Under the pieces are notes generated by a model that was not told the DNA's origin, made no database searches, and worked only from the letters and a program-made list of their open reading frames with translations. Of a stretch of 64,000 nt of DNA, positions 36,282-47,805 are shown piece after piece. Location of the stretch: positions 14,619,807 through 14,683,806 of the forward strand of contig NC_134031.1 of assembly GCF_964204645.1 (NCBI RefSeq). The letters are read 5' to 3'. Made by a program: the position numbers and the translations under genes. How positions within the stretch are numbered: position 1 is the first letter of the stretch; each line of letters opens with the position of its first letter. This DNA is from Tubulanus polymorphus (taxonomy: Eukaryota; Animalia; Nemertea).

Positions 36282-39200
36282 ATGTTTGTAGTTACGATTG
36301 TGTTATCATTTTTCAATTTCTTATATTCTGTGAACATCACATAGAAAGTTGCACGATGAAAAAACTTTCCTCAATTGTAAATTCTCTATCTGATAAATCT
36401 TTGGTCAGAGTAAATTAGAAAAATAAGATGTACGTTCATTTATCCTTGTAGAAACCCATTGGCATTACCGACACGATCCAAGTAAGTATGATTGCAAAAG
36501 CTATGAAACGCCGGAATAATATAAGCTTATCTAAGTGTAAATAAACTTAAGGCTTGCCTCGAATCGAGCTGATTACCTCTGATTATCAGGCGCCGCGGAC
36601 TCAGGATCCGGTTCCACAGTTGTGATTTAGAGTTGGCTATGAGTAATGTTCCATTTCCAACGAGTCAACCTTGAGAGTGAAATTCAGGCTCTGAACTCAT
36701 GTGGACCTGGGTCCCTGCTTGCCGCAGCAAAGACAAAATATTCAAAATGTTCCTCTTCATCCGATGACGACCCATAATCCTTTCTCTAACGGTTCACCGT
36801 AATTCACCTCGCGGAGTGAGCCCTTTAGAGAACCGACACGAGGCCGCAGTTTACTGTAGTTTATGCAGGAAAGCTCATTAACAAGTGAAGCTTTTCGTAT
36901 CTGAATAATTCAATTGCAATTTAACCTGTTTTATTTGCATCCGATGTCCCTGAGAATCTTGTGTAAATTTTGAATCTTAAATGTCATTTATGAAAGAAAT
37001 GAATATATGTACATTTTCTCTGCAGAGGGATGGCCTATGGGCGACTGCCAGTCGACAAACCGACAATCACCGGTCAAACTGTCGACTAAATCTGGAATAA
37101 CTTGTAGTGAAAATCTGGGCTGGATAAATATAGACGGTTTTCGTTCTCAGATACGAGTCAATCTGGTCAACAGCGGCAAAACATGTACGTTCAATAAAAC
37201 ACCGGCACCGGCACCGCTCCGCAAGTTTGCACGGTTGTGTGTGTTTGATTTAAATCTGGACCCAGTAGTGTTGTACAGTCGTTACTTCAGTCTATATTGG
37301 TAGAAAATTGGTAATAAGTTGGTAGATAAGTTACAGAAATAAGATCGTCTTAGACTGGTCTTAACTCTGAGTCTTGACTGTGGTCTACAGTGTCGTTTTC
37401 GGGTGGATCGAATTTGGATCCATTTCTTTTCCAAATTCAACAAATTAAAGACTTAAAGCAACTTTTGAACTTTCTATGGTACCAATCCTTTGACCCAGCC
37501 CCACAGTTGTGTGGCATAAATTTGACTCTGAACCCACACAGTTTTGTGAGACTGTTTTAGTTCTATAGCTGCACCTATATTTCAGTGGTAGGCATTGGCG
37601 CTCCGGGAGAAAATCTAGGTCGCATCAGTGTCACATTGGACAACAAGAAATATCTTCTGAAACAATTTCATTTTCACTGGAGTGGACAAGACTCCCATCC
37701 TCAAGGTTCTGAACATAGCATCGATGGCGCATTCACTGATGTTGAGGTAATTTTAAACCTATTGCATCGACAATATGACCGTTGAATCCGTTAGATTTGA
37801 ATAAATTATTCAAACGTTCATATTCATCTAACCGTCATATGTGAATTCCTACAATTTTTGAGAATTATATTACCACTTAAATCAACCAAAAGTAAATGCT
37901 GGAAAAGTGTACAAAAACCAGGATGATGCGAATAATGCGAATAGCTCAACCTAACTGTAGTACGCCAGTAACCTTTACCACGACTGAACTCTAACCAGCA
38001 ACCTCTAACTTACCAGTCGAGCATGTTAACTAGAATACCAACGCTGTAGCGTTTATCCGGGCACAGTTTCACGAAAAAGTATGAGCCAAAAACGGTCAAA
38101 TTTGAATTACCGTCATTAAGAATATATGAAGTAATAAAAAGCAATTATACCCAAGAGTTAAACTTTTTTTGTGAAACGAGGGCGCCCTGTTTCACAAAAA
38201 AGTTAAAGTCTAAAACGGTATTGAATTGTCGCCGTCATTGAAAACATCAAGTAACAAATGGCAATTATACCCAAAAACTTTTTTGTGAAACTAGGGCCAG
38301 GGCCGAGTTTTATGAAAAACGTTTAAGCCTAAAACGGTTAAGTTTGAATTGTTGTCCTCATTGAAAGCATGAAGTAACCAATGGCAATTATGCCAAAACT
38401 TTCAGGTAACATTTTTTGTGAAACTAATTCGGAGTGGTCAGCGTGGTGACCATTCAGCTGTGGTGACACGCCAGGGCCCGGTTTCATAGACTGAGTATTT
38501 AAGTTATCCCTAGGGGTAAATCGTCAATCTGGATGGCAACCACCATAGTAACAATGAGAAACCATGGTTATAACTGACAAATTTCAAAATGTTCCCAGGG
38601 ACTATTTTTCTTCCACATCTATGAAACCCAGTATAACGACTCTTTTCATTAATAATACCCACTTTCTGATTACAAAATGATTCAATTTTTTCTCGACAAA
38701 TCGAACTAATGATAAATTGTATTTTTTAGATGCACCTCGTGTTTACTGAAGCAGACACGACTTTAGAAATAGATTCAATAGCGATATTGGCGGTTCTCAT
38801 AAAGGCGGATAGCTACCGGGTAATAACAATAGGACAACGAAACAGGATCCAGTTGCATAGTCGTTTCTTGAGTTCGCTAGTCGTATTGAATCCTAAGACT
38901 GGTCTTAAGTTGTTAGATTTGGCAATAAAATTAAGTTAGAGGTCATTAGATTGGGTTATAGAACCAACATAAGGGGTCTCACATTGTGAAATTTGGATGA
39001 AGAACCAAGATGAGCTTGTACTGGTTGGTCTTAAGGTGGTAGATTGGATGTAGAAATAAGTTGGTCTTCGACTAGTTTCAAATCTAAGCCATGGCTATGC
39101 AATTGGCCCCGGGATCCAGTTATACAGTTCTAAGTCTTTAAGATTAGATTATTCTCGCAATATCCCTGTCAAATATATACTAAGATATACCTAGAGTCAG

Positions 39201-40655
39201 ACCTGAACTTCACTGGAACCGAGTAATCTAATCTAGTGTTTAAATGAATACCAGCAAAATTTGATCAATTGGAATATGAACTGTGGTGCCTGGAGTTAAA
39301 TCGATTGGAACGTATTATATAGATCCACTGAAATATCATCCAAGCTGAATAAATGATATTTCAAACTCGAAAGACGATTCGTTTTTTTTTCAGGACAACT
39401 GGAAATTTGCGAAACTTTTCAATGTGGGTCTATCGGACATGTACATCACCAGTTAGTATTTACCGAAATTACTTATTACTCCAAAAAAACATTCTTTTTA
39501 AACGAAAGCTCGAATGAATGGATTGCTCTTTCTGTATTTTATTTCTGTAGAAATGAAAAGTGTACCGGGTTCGATATCGTTGGGAAGTTTATTGTACGGA
39601 GTTGATTTCAATAATTATTTCCGCTACGAAGGCAGTATGACGACACCACCCTGCTCGGAAAACGTAAAATGGACCGTTTTCAGAGACCCGATTTCGATAT
39701 CCAAAACTCAGGTCAGGTTTCACACACCCTATCGGCGGTTTTATGAACCAGTTTTAAGTTTGACCCAAATATCGTTAACTCCAATTTGTTCATGTCGACC
39801 GTTTAGAATAGAACCTGGTCTGTTAAAATCTAGGCCAATAAAGTTTGGGTCATAAATGTAGCACAAGCATAAATACCGGGCAATCTCAACGGTCATCTAC
39901 CCTATTCAACGGTCATCTACCCTATTCAACGGTCATCTACCCTATCCAATGGTGATCAACCCTATTCAATCGTGATTTACCCTATTCAATGGTGATCTAC
40001 CCTGTACAATTGTGATCTATACTATTCAATTGTGATCTTCACTATTCAACGGTGATCTACCCTATTCAATTGTGATCTATCCTATTCGATGGTTATCTAC
40101 CCTATTCAATTTTGATCTACTCTTTTCAATTATGATCTATCCTATTCGATGGTGATCTACCCTATTCGATTTTGATCTACCCTATCCAATGGTGATCAAC
40201 CCTATTCAATTGTGATTTACCCTATTCAATGGTGATCTACCCTGTACAATTGTGATCTATCCTATTCAGTTGTGATCTTCACTATTCAACGGTGATCTAC
40301 CCTATTCAATAGTGATCAACCCTGTACAATTGTGATCTGTCCTATTCAATTGTGATCTTCACTATTCAATTGTGATCTATCCTATTCTATCGTGATCTAC
40401 CCTTTCTATTGGATGGACCCAATTCCACAGTGATCAAAAATTTGACGCGTGTGGGAATTAACCGACTGAGACTGAATTTCTAATTCACAACTGTGGAACT
40501 GGATCCTGAATACCCGTCCTTTAGAATATACATAATTTCTATATATCATGTTTCAGTTGGAGCAACTCAGAAGTTTGATCGCGGTTGGAAGAACTGGCAA
40601 TTTTCGAATCGCCTTCGATCCAACACCAGGAAACAAAGTCGAATTCACTTGTTAG
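36282..40655 (+). CDS. Alpha-carbonic anhydrase, copy 2 (exon 1 junction uncertain)
   Basis: Putative signal exon from ATG 36282, but no phase-1 GT donor found. Exons 36452-36481 (THWHY), 37026-37184, 37586-37746, 38730-38819, 39394-39451, 39551-39711, 40557-40655. Motifs [31 protein letters not shown]. Confidence 0.85.
39884..40410. repeat. 21-bp minisatellite
   Basis: CCCTATTCAATTGTGATCTAC variants, about 25 copies. Confidence 0.95.
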
Positions 40656-41289
40656 AAATATTGTATTCAAATTCATATGGTGACATTATCATGAAATGAA
40701 TAAATTTACATAAATGACCTAATCATCATTTTTCTCTCTGATTTCTAAACGCGCGCTCGTCTATTTGAATGACTGAACAAACGAATAACATTATCAGAAA
40801 CATTCGTGAGGACACTAGAAACACGAAACAACAACCTGTGTCTGATGTATTTCAAAATATCTGTCGCACTTTATTTTACCAAGTGATGGGTCAATCGGAC
40901 TGTACTGAGATGAATTGCCTTGAAAGATTACCCAAAAACATCTTTGATATTCCCAGAATGAATCTTTGATGGACCCTAGTTTGTGTGGTTTTACAAAACG
41001 TTTCAAAAAGTTTTTTATTTTGGGTTCACAGCCAAAGTCGTGTAAGTCGTCATTTGGAGAAGTCGTCGTATTTCTGAAGTCGTCTCTGTTTTCGAATTCT
41101 GATATGTGTTTCCAATTCAGTTTTACTATTCAAATAGGATCTATTTTTTCGTATTGGAGACATCAATTGGGATTTACCCAATTCAATTAAGACTAGCCCC
41201 GTTCTCCTTGACCCAGTTCCCCAGTTGTGAGTTATGGTTGACTAAAGAGTTAACTTAGTGAAAATGAACTAATTTTGAACTGAGTTAAC

Positions 41290-41940
41290 TCTGACACACT
41301 GTGGAACCGGATCCTGAGTTCAGAAATTACTCTAACTTACACAACTGTGGACCTGGATTCTGAGTTCAGAGTTAACTCTAACTTACACATTTGTGGAACT
41401 GGATCCTGAGTTCAGAGTTAATTCTAAGTCACAAAACTACGGACCTGGATTCTGAGTTCAGAGTTAAAAACTCTAACTCACATCTGTGGAACTGGATCCT
41501 GAGTTCAGAGTTTACTCTAACTTACACATTTGTGGAACTGGATCCTGAGTTCAAAGTTAACTCTAACTCACATCTGTGGAACTGGATCCTGAGTTTAGAG
41601 TGAACTTTAACTTACACAACTGTGGAACTAGATCCTGAGTTCAGAGTTAACTCTAACTCACAAAACTGTGGACCTGGATCCTGAGTTTAGAGTGAACTTT
41701 AACTTACACAACTGTGGAACTAGATCCTGAGTTCAGAGTTAATTCTAACTAACACAACCTGTTCTGAGTTGTTCTGAGTTAAATTTGACAGTAGAGTTAA
41801 AGATTCAAAACGAACTGATTTAACAGTAACTGACAACTGTGGAACCGGGTCCCGGATCCTGAGTTAAGATTTAACTCTAACTTGCACAATTGTGGACCTG
41901 GATATTGAGTTAACTCAAAACTGTGGCACCGGAAACTGTA
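41290..41940. repeat. ~46-bp tandem satellite built from a MITE arm
   Basis: CTGTGGAACTGGATCCTGAGTTCAGAGTTAACTCTAACTYACAC, about 12 copies. Confidence 0.9.
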
Positions 41941-41973
41941 TGTGCATCTCTTAAAACACTCCTATTCGTCTAA

Positions 41974-42070
41974 AAGGCAACTCAGAAGCTTGTTATTATA
42001 ATTAATAAAAATGGACACTTTCAAATCGCCATCGATCACAACCAGAAAATGAATATTCAAAACTGTTTCA
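41974..42070 (+). pseudogene. Relic carbonic anhydrase terminal exon
   Basis: GCAACTCAGAAGCTTG...TTTCAAATCGCCATCGATC aligns with the last exon of CA copy 2 (40557-40655) but is frameshifted and contains a stop. Confidence 0.65.
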
Positions 42071-42291
42071 AAAAGTTGTAAATATAAAAAATATTTCTGG
42101 CGACATTACCATAAACATATAGTTCGCCGATTTGAAGTATAAGTTTGAAGGCCTAATTATCATTTTCTCTCTGATTTCTAAACGCGCTCGCCCACTTGAA
42201 TGACTGAACAAACGAATAACATTATCAGAAATATTCGTAAGGGCACTAGAAACATAGAACCACAACCTGCATTCGATGTACTTGAAGAATC

Positions 42292-42298
42292 TATAAAA
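42292..42298 (+). promoter_or_regulatory. TATA box of carbonic anhydrase 3
   Basis: TATAAAA with an Inr-like TTCAATT ~30 bp downstream; 94 bp upstream of the ATG. Confidence 0.55.
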
Positions 42299-42385
42299 CC
42301 GATGTTTTCGATAAGCTCGATTCAATTTCAAACTGGGGCTCAGCGATTAAATTCTAACTTCCACAGTTTACACCGAGAATCGATA

Positions 42386-45300
42386 ATGTACTATCTAACT
42401 GCGCTGGTTTTGATTGTGGGAATCTTCAATCCTGCACATTCCTCTGCGGGTAAGTTATACAAAATCTTGAAAGGTTTATTTTCTAGGAAAAAAAATGAAA
42501 TTGTTGGTTTTCATCATTCAATTGAACAAACCCCAAAATTGTGGAGAAAAACGAAAAGAGCCATTTTCAAAAACTAAGTGAGTAGTGAAGTATAGACTCA
42601 ATTCAATCAGCCGTTTTCAAAAACTAAGAGAGTAGTGACGTATAGACTCAATTCTATCAGCATTTTTCTAAAATAAGAGAGTTGCAACGTTTAGACTCAA
42701 TTCCATGAGCCATTTTGAAAAAAACTAAGAGAGTAGTGACGTATGGACTTAATTCAATCAGTCATTTTGAAAAACTAAGAGAGTAGTGACGTATGGACCT
42801 AATTCTATCAGCTAATTTCAAATCTAAGAGAGTAGTGACGTTTAGACTCAATCAATTCTATAAGCAATTTTCAAAACTAGGAGAGTAAGTGACGTATCAA
42901 AAAGTTTCTATGAAACTTCCAATCTCTGAAAATAGCTCATAGAATTGATTGGAAATATATATCACTTCTCTCTGCAGGTTTTTTCTTCAAAACCTGAAAT
43001 GTTGTTCCCAATGATTTGAAAATGATCTGATTTTAACTTAAATTCTGCTCAAAATTGTACCTAGCTAAGTAGAAAAGCTTTTTAAACAGGACCCGGTTCC
43101 AAAAGTTCGTATGATACAAAACAAAAAAACTTATTCAGACACCGGAAATAAATCAATTCAAATTGAAACATGTCAACGTTATCTTAGGACAGGCACGGTG
43201 GATTCCAGTCGCGCTGCTTGTCATAATCTACTGAAGCTTTCTTCTCTAAAATACGTCAATGATCATATTCGTATGTAGCAGTATCATCGTATTCTTTACG
43301 TTCTTGTTTATAAAATCGTTATGAAAATAATGATTATTGTTATTGATTTTAAAATTCAGCACGTCTGACGATGGCTATTATCTTATAGCCCAAACGTTGC
43401 TCAAAACGTACGCATTGTTATTCCGTTTTTTGCTGAAGTTATCGCGGATTTGATTACGTAATGAGTAATACAATCTGTAAATGTGTATAGCGACTGTTTC
43501 ATTAAAGAAGAAATGTTCATCGGGATCCAGTTCTACAGTTCTGAGTAAAATTTGACTCTTCAGTTAAAACATTGAAAATTAACTGATTTTTACTCCGAGT
43601 TAACTCTATAACTCACAACTGTGGAACCGGGTCCGGCGCTTAAAGGTTCGCGAAAACCGCATATACAGCACGTACGCTTTAGAAAAAGGCAGGGGCCAGT
43701 CGGCCAAAAGTTGGTTAAAGTTAACCAGTGGATAGTTTACATTTAAAGTCCAACTAAATGTTCATTTTTACTTTGGTATTCGTCCGCCGGTTATCTTAAA
43801 CCAACTTTTGAGAAACTGATATGTCAGACTGCGTTTAAATGAGTCCAAATGGTTCAACAAACATGAGACGGCAATATGCGAATCGATCACAGCTACGAAT
43901 AAAGCAGACCTAACTGTTATAGAATTTATCTATGGCAAGAAATAGAAGGATTTCAAAAAATTGTAGGCCCTATCGGGAAGATAATATATTCTTCTATATC
44001 GAATGACCGTGTCGTGCGCGTATAGGATTTCAATATTGATGTTTCAATATTTCAACGATTGATAAGTGGATCGATAGATTCTCAGTTAGTTTGACACCTG
44101 TTCAATTCAATCACTATCGGAACGAGGTGTGTTCCCTCTTCAGACGGCGGGGTCGAGAATAGCTGAATAAATATTCAGAAAAATCAATTTCAATTGATAT
44201 TTGATACATACACGACGGTTATACGATATCATCCTATATACAAAATACGATACAAAATATCCCTTAAGTAAGCTCGATTATATTCGATATTTGTATCGAG
44301 TAGCTTCGGTTCTCCAACAATGTTATGACGGCTGCTTCCACCAGTGTTGTGGTTCCGGGTTGGGTTCTCCGACTAGCGTTGTAGTAATGAATCTCTCAGC
44401 GATGTTGTGCGGGATCTGTCTTTAGGCCGGATCTTCAGTCCTCGGTCTTGACTTTCTAAATGAGGCTCCCGTTTATAACTTAACCACTTCTTAAGTTACC
44501 TAATAATTCGTTTATTTTTCTCTTACTAGATGTATACAAGAGCTCTGTTAACTCCAGCCTCTTAAATCTCTAACCTTTCTTAAACCCTTTTAAACCTTTT
44601 CTAACAACTATAAACACTTCCTTTTTATATTATTTTCACTTAAGTAACGTGTGCAGGCCCTTTTCCACACATGGCTTGGAATTCATGGATTGTGACGTAT
44701 TCCCACGTCACAACATTCCTCCAATCCATGTATGGGTGAGGACGTATCTGCACACGTCACAATTATCTAAAAATATCTTTTTGCACTCATCAGAGTCCAT
44801 GGCCGCACCATATTAGGTTTTTCTACGTAGACACCTACGTCACTTCCCGACTTGTTTCTTTATATTACTTCTTTTATGTTTATGTACGACGTACGTATCC
44901 ACGCAGGTTGTCTGGCAACAGGAACACTGACCATGAACTCTAGCTTCCGTACATTACTTGTTGGTATAGTTTAACTGCTGATAACTGCACCTACTAATAT
45001 GTTCCCTAAAAGCTTGTTGATATGATTCATGAAAGCCCAATAATATATGTCCTGAAAGTCCCCACAATAATAGTAAGGAAAAAGCAAGTCAAAATATAGT
45101 GGCCTGCACCCGGTTCAATCATGACCACAAGTAGCTGTGCTGAATTGATATGTGACTGTTCCGTTAATCACCTCTCAGCTGTAAAATAGATGGACAAAGC
45201 ATCCATTGGCCGGCGATTCTATGAAAGGGAGGAAATAAGAGTGAAATGAACAAATAACAAACTTTTACAACGTACCTTACCAAGGGCGGAGCCAAGATTT

Positions 45301-47805
45301 TTCTATTGAAGAATCGAAATAAGCTGGTATTCAATAGGTCTATCACATCAATCGATGTAAACCAGGCCCAGAGTGTTTTGTTTACTATCACTGATCGACT
45401 TAAGCGCTGTATTGGTTGTTTTTATATTTGAACCAGGTTCATGGAGCACTGGTGAGTGCTTGTCGCGTGTTCGACAATCTCCGATAAAACTGACCGACAA
45501 GGTTGGTACATGTGACGCGGCTCTACACAAACTCGCCGTCAAAGGGATCGACAAGAAAGTCCCACTTGTAGTAGTGAATAACGGGCATGCGTGTAGGTAT
45601 CAAACATGGTCCACAGTTCCACAGTTCCACAGTTCCACAGTTCCACAGTCTCTCGGTTAGAGTGTGAGTCTCAAATCAAGAACTGATTTGAACTTTGAGC
45701 TTTGAGTCTCTGTGGGACTGGATTCAGGTCGCGACGCTCAGTTCGAGATCAATTTATCGATTATTCCTAGGAAATTTTTTCACCAGGGGCGCCTCTGTGT
45801 GTTAATTGCTTTTTTTCGCTTATTGTCCCTTAGTACAAGTGCAGGCACCTAGCGGTCAAAACCTGAACAGTATCTGGATGGAATTGGACAACAGTGGCGT
45901 CATGACCAAATACACGTTGAAACAATTCCACTTTCACTGGAAAGGACAAGATATTCAGATCCAGGGATCCGAACATGAATTCGACGGAGTTTTCTACGAT
46001 GCGGAGGTGGGCCTATCTATCAGATATTGATGCATCAAGTAACAGTTCAAGTTCAAGTTTAGTTTCAAGTTTAAGTAAAAAATTGAAATTTAGATTCAAG
46101 TTCTAACTCAAGTTCTAATCAATTAAAGTATAAATTCAGTTTCATATTCAAGTTTAAAACCCACTCCATACTAAATTTTAGAAAAATCCTGACGCCCGGA
46201 AAAACGATTTTTGAAAAAAAACAATTTTCAGTAAATTCCACCATTTATCAGTGTTCGGGCATTTCAACGACTGTAAGACGGCGCTAAAGCATGCTATAGT
46301 GCAGCAAGAGCAGCCACCTGCGGCTAGTTCGCCATCTAGCGGACAATTAGGTCAGTAGATCAGTCACTTGTGAAGTGACCTTGCCCATACCTCAAGGTTT
46401 TCATTGTCACTCCCGACGTGACATTGCCAAGGAGTGGGTTTTTAAGTTGAAGTTGAAGTACAAGTTTCTAGTTTTTAAAATACTACCTTTGTTATATTTG
46501 TTTCGTAGATGCATCTCGTATTTTCCGATGATAACGCAAATCAGGACGCAGTTCATGATATTTACGCCGTTTTAGGAGTTTTCCTAAAAGCTGATGCCGC
46601 ACAGGTTAGATCACAAACCCCACAGCCAGGTGCACTCAACCGGAAACGCCAATTCAATAAAAAAAAGAATTCAAATAGAATAAAATTGAATTAGAAAATT
46701 AATTCTAAAATCTATTCAGGGAATGAATATTTCAATAAATGATGCTTAATTTAGGCCTGACAGTTTCATACATAGTGTGTCCATTTTTTGATCGATTGAA
46801 ATGTTAAATAAGAAAAATTCTATGAATTCAGTCAATATTTCATCAATTTGATTCAATCAATTCGCATTAATTTGGTTATCGTGTTACGTTTCAGGATAAT
46901 CCACAATTTGCAAAGATTTTCGGCGTGGGTCTCGATAAACTGCCCGTGACTATCCATGGTAAATCAAAGGCGATTTCTGAATCTAGTTACCGTTGCAAGC
47001 GAGGATCCACCAGATGGCGCTAGTGATTACCGGGTTACCGCGCTTCCTTGTTACATTTCGGTCAAATTCCCATCAACTTTTCCGATTAGTAAAACAATTT
47101 TCAGTGGAATCAATACCATATACTGGGTAATAGGTATTTGATGACATGTTTGCAATATTTGGATTCGGGAGTCAGTTTAGATTTGAAAAAATCCCGGAAA
47201 AAGAATCGATTTTCACGACGAGTAACCGAGTGTACTGATGCGCCATCTGTTGTGTGCCGCTAGTACCTAATTCAAAACTATTCAAATCAATTTGCTTCTA
47301 ATTGATAGATCAAAGTATAGAATGCATCTTCTAAAATTGATAATCATTCTATTTAGCAGGCAGCAGTGGTCCTGAGACGCCTGTCGTTGGTGGAAAATTG
47401 CGGTTGAATGATTTGCTGCAGGGAATTAATTTCAGTAATTATTTCCGCTATGAAGGCAGTCTGACGACACCGCCCTGCTCAGAGAACGTGAAATGGACCG
47501 TTTTCAGAGACCCGATTTCAATCTCTAGAGCTCAGGTAGGTTTCAAGTTACCCCGGTACCTGTCGGCGGGTTTTATAAAGCTGATTTTAATTCAACTCGG
47601 TACACATTTTTTAATTCCACTTCATTCACTGTCAAAGGGAGTCGTGTTATTCTAAACTGAAATCTGAATTTGCGTTTTTTTCTAAATTGTGTTGCATGTT
47701 TTTCAGTTGTTACAGTTGAGGAGTTTGAAAGAAGTTGGAACTAAGGGTAATTTCCGTCACCCGTTTGACCCCACACCAGCCAATCAACTTCAATTCACGT
47801 GTTAA
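42386..47805 (+). CDS. Secreted alpha-carbonic anhydrase, copy 3
   Basis: Exons 42386-42449 (signal peptide), 45437-45592, 45834-46006, 46509-46604, 46895-46958, 47357 or 47360-47535 (NAGNAG acceptor), 47707-47805. The 30-nt micro-exon seen in the paralogs was not found. Motifs [36 protein letters not shown]. Confidence 0.9.
42560..42900. repeat. ~49-bp tandem repeat in CA3 intron 1
   Basis: AAAACTAAGAGAGTAGTGACGTATAGACTCAATTC, about 7 copies. Confidence 0.85.

Noticed and set aside
40769-42385. Twin ORFs starting MTEQTNNIIRNIR
   Set aside because: They result from the duplicated non-coding block and diverge immediately afterwards.
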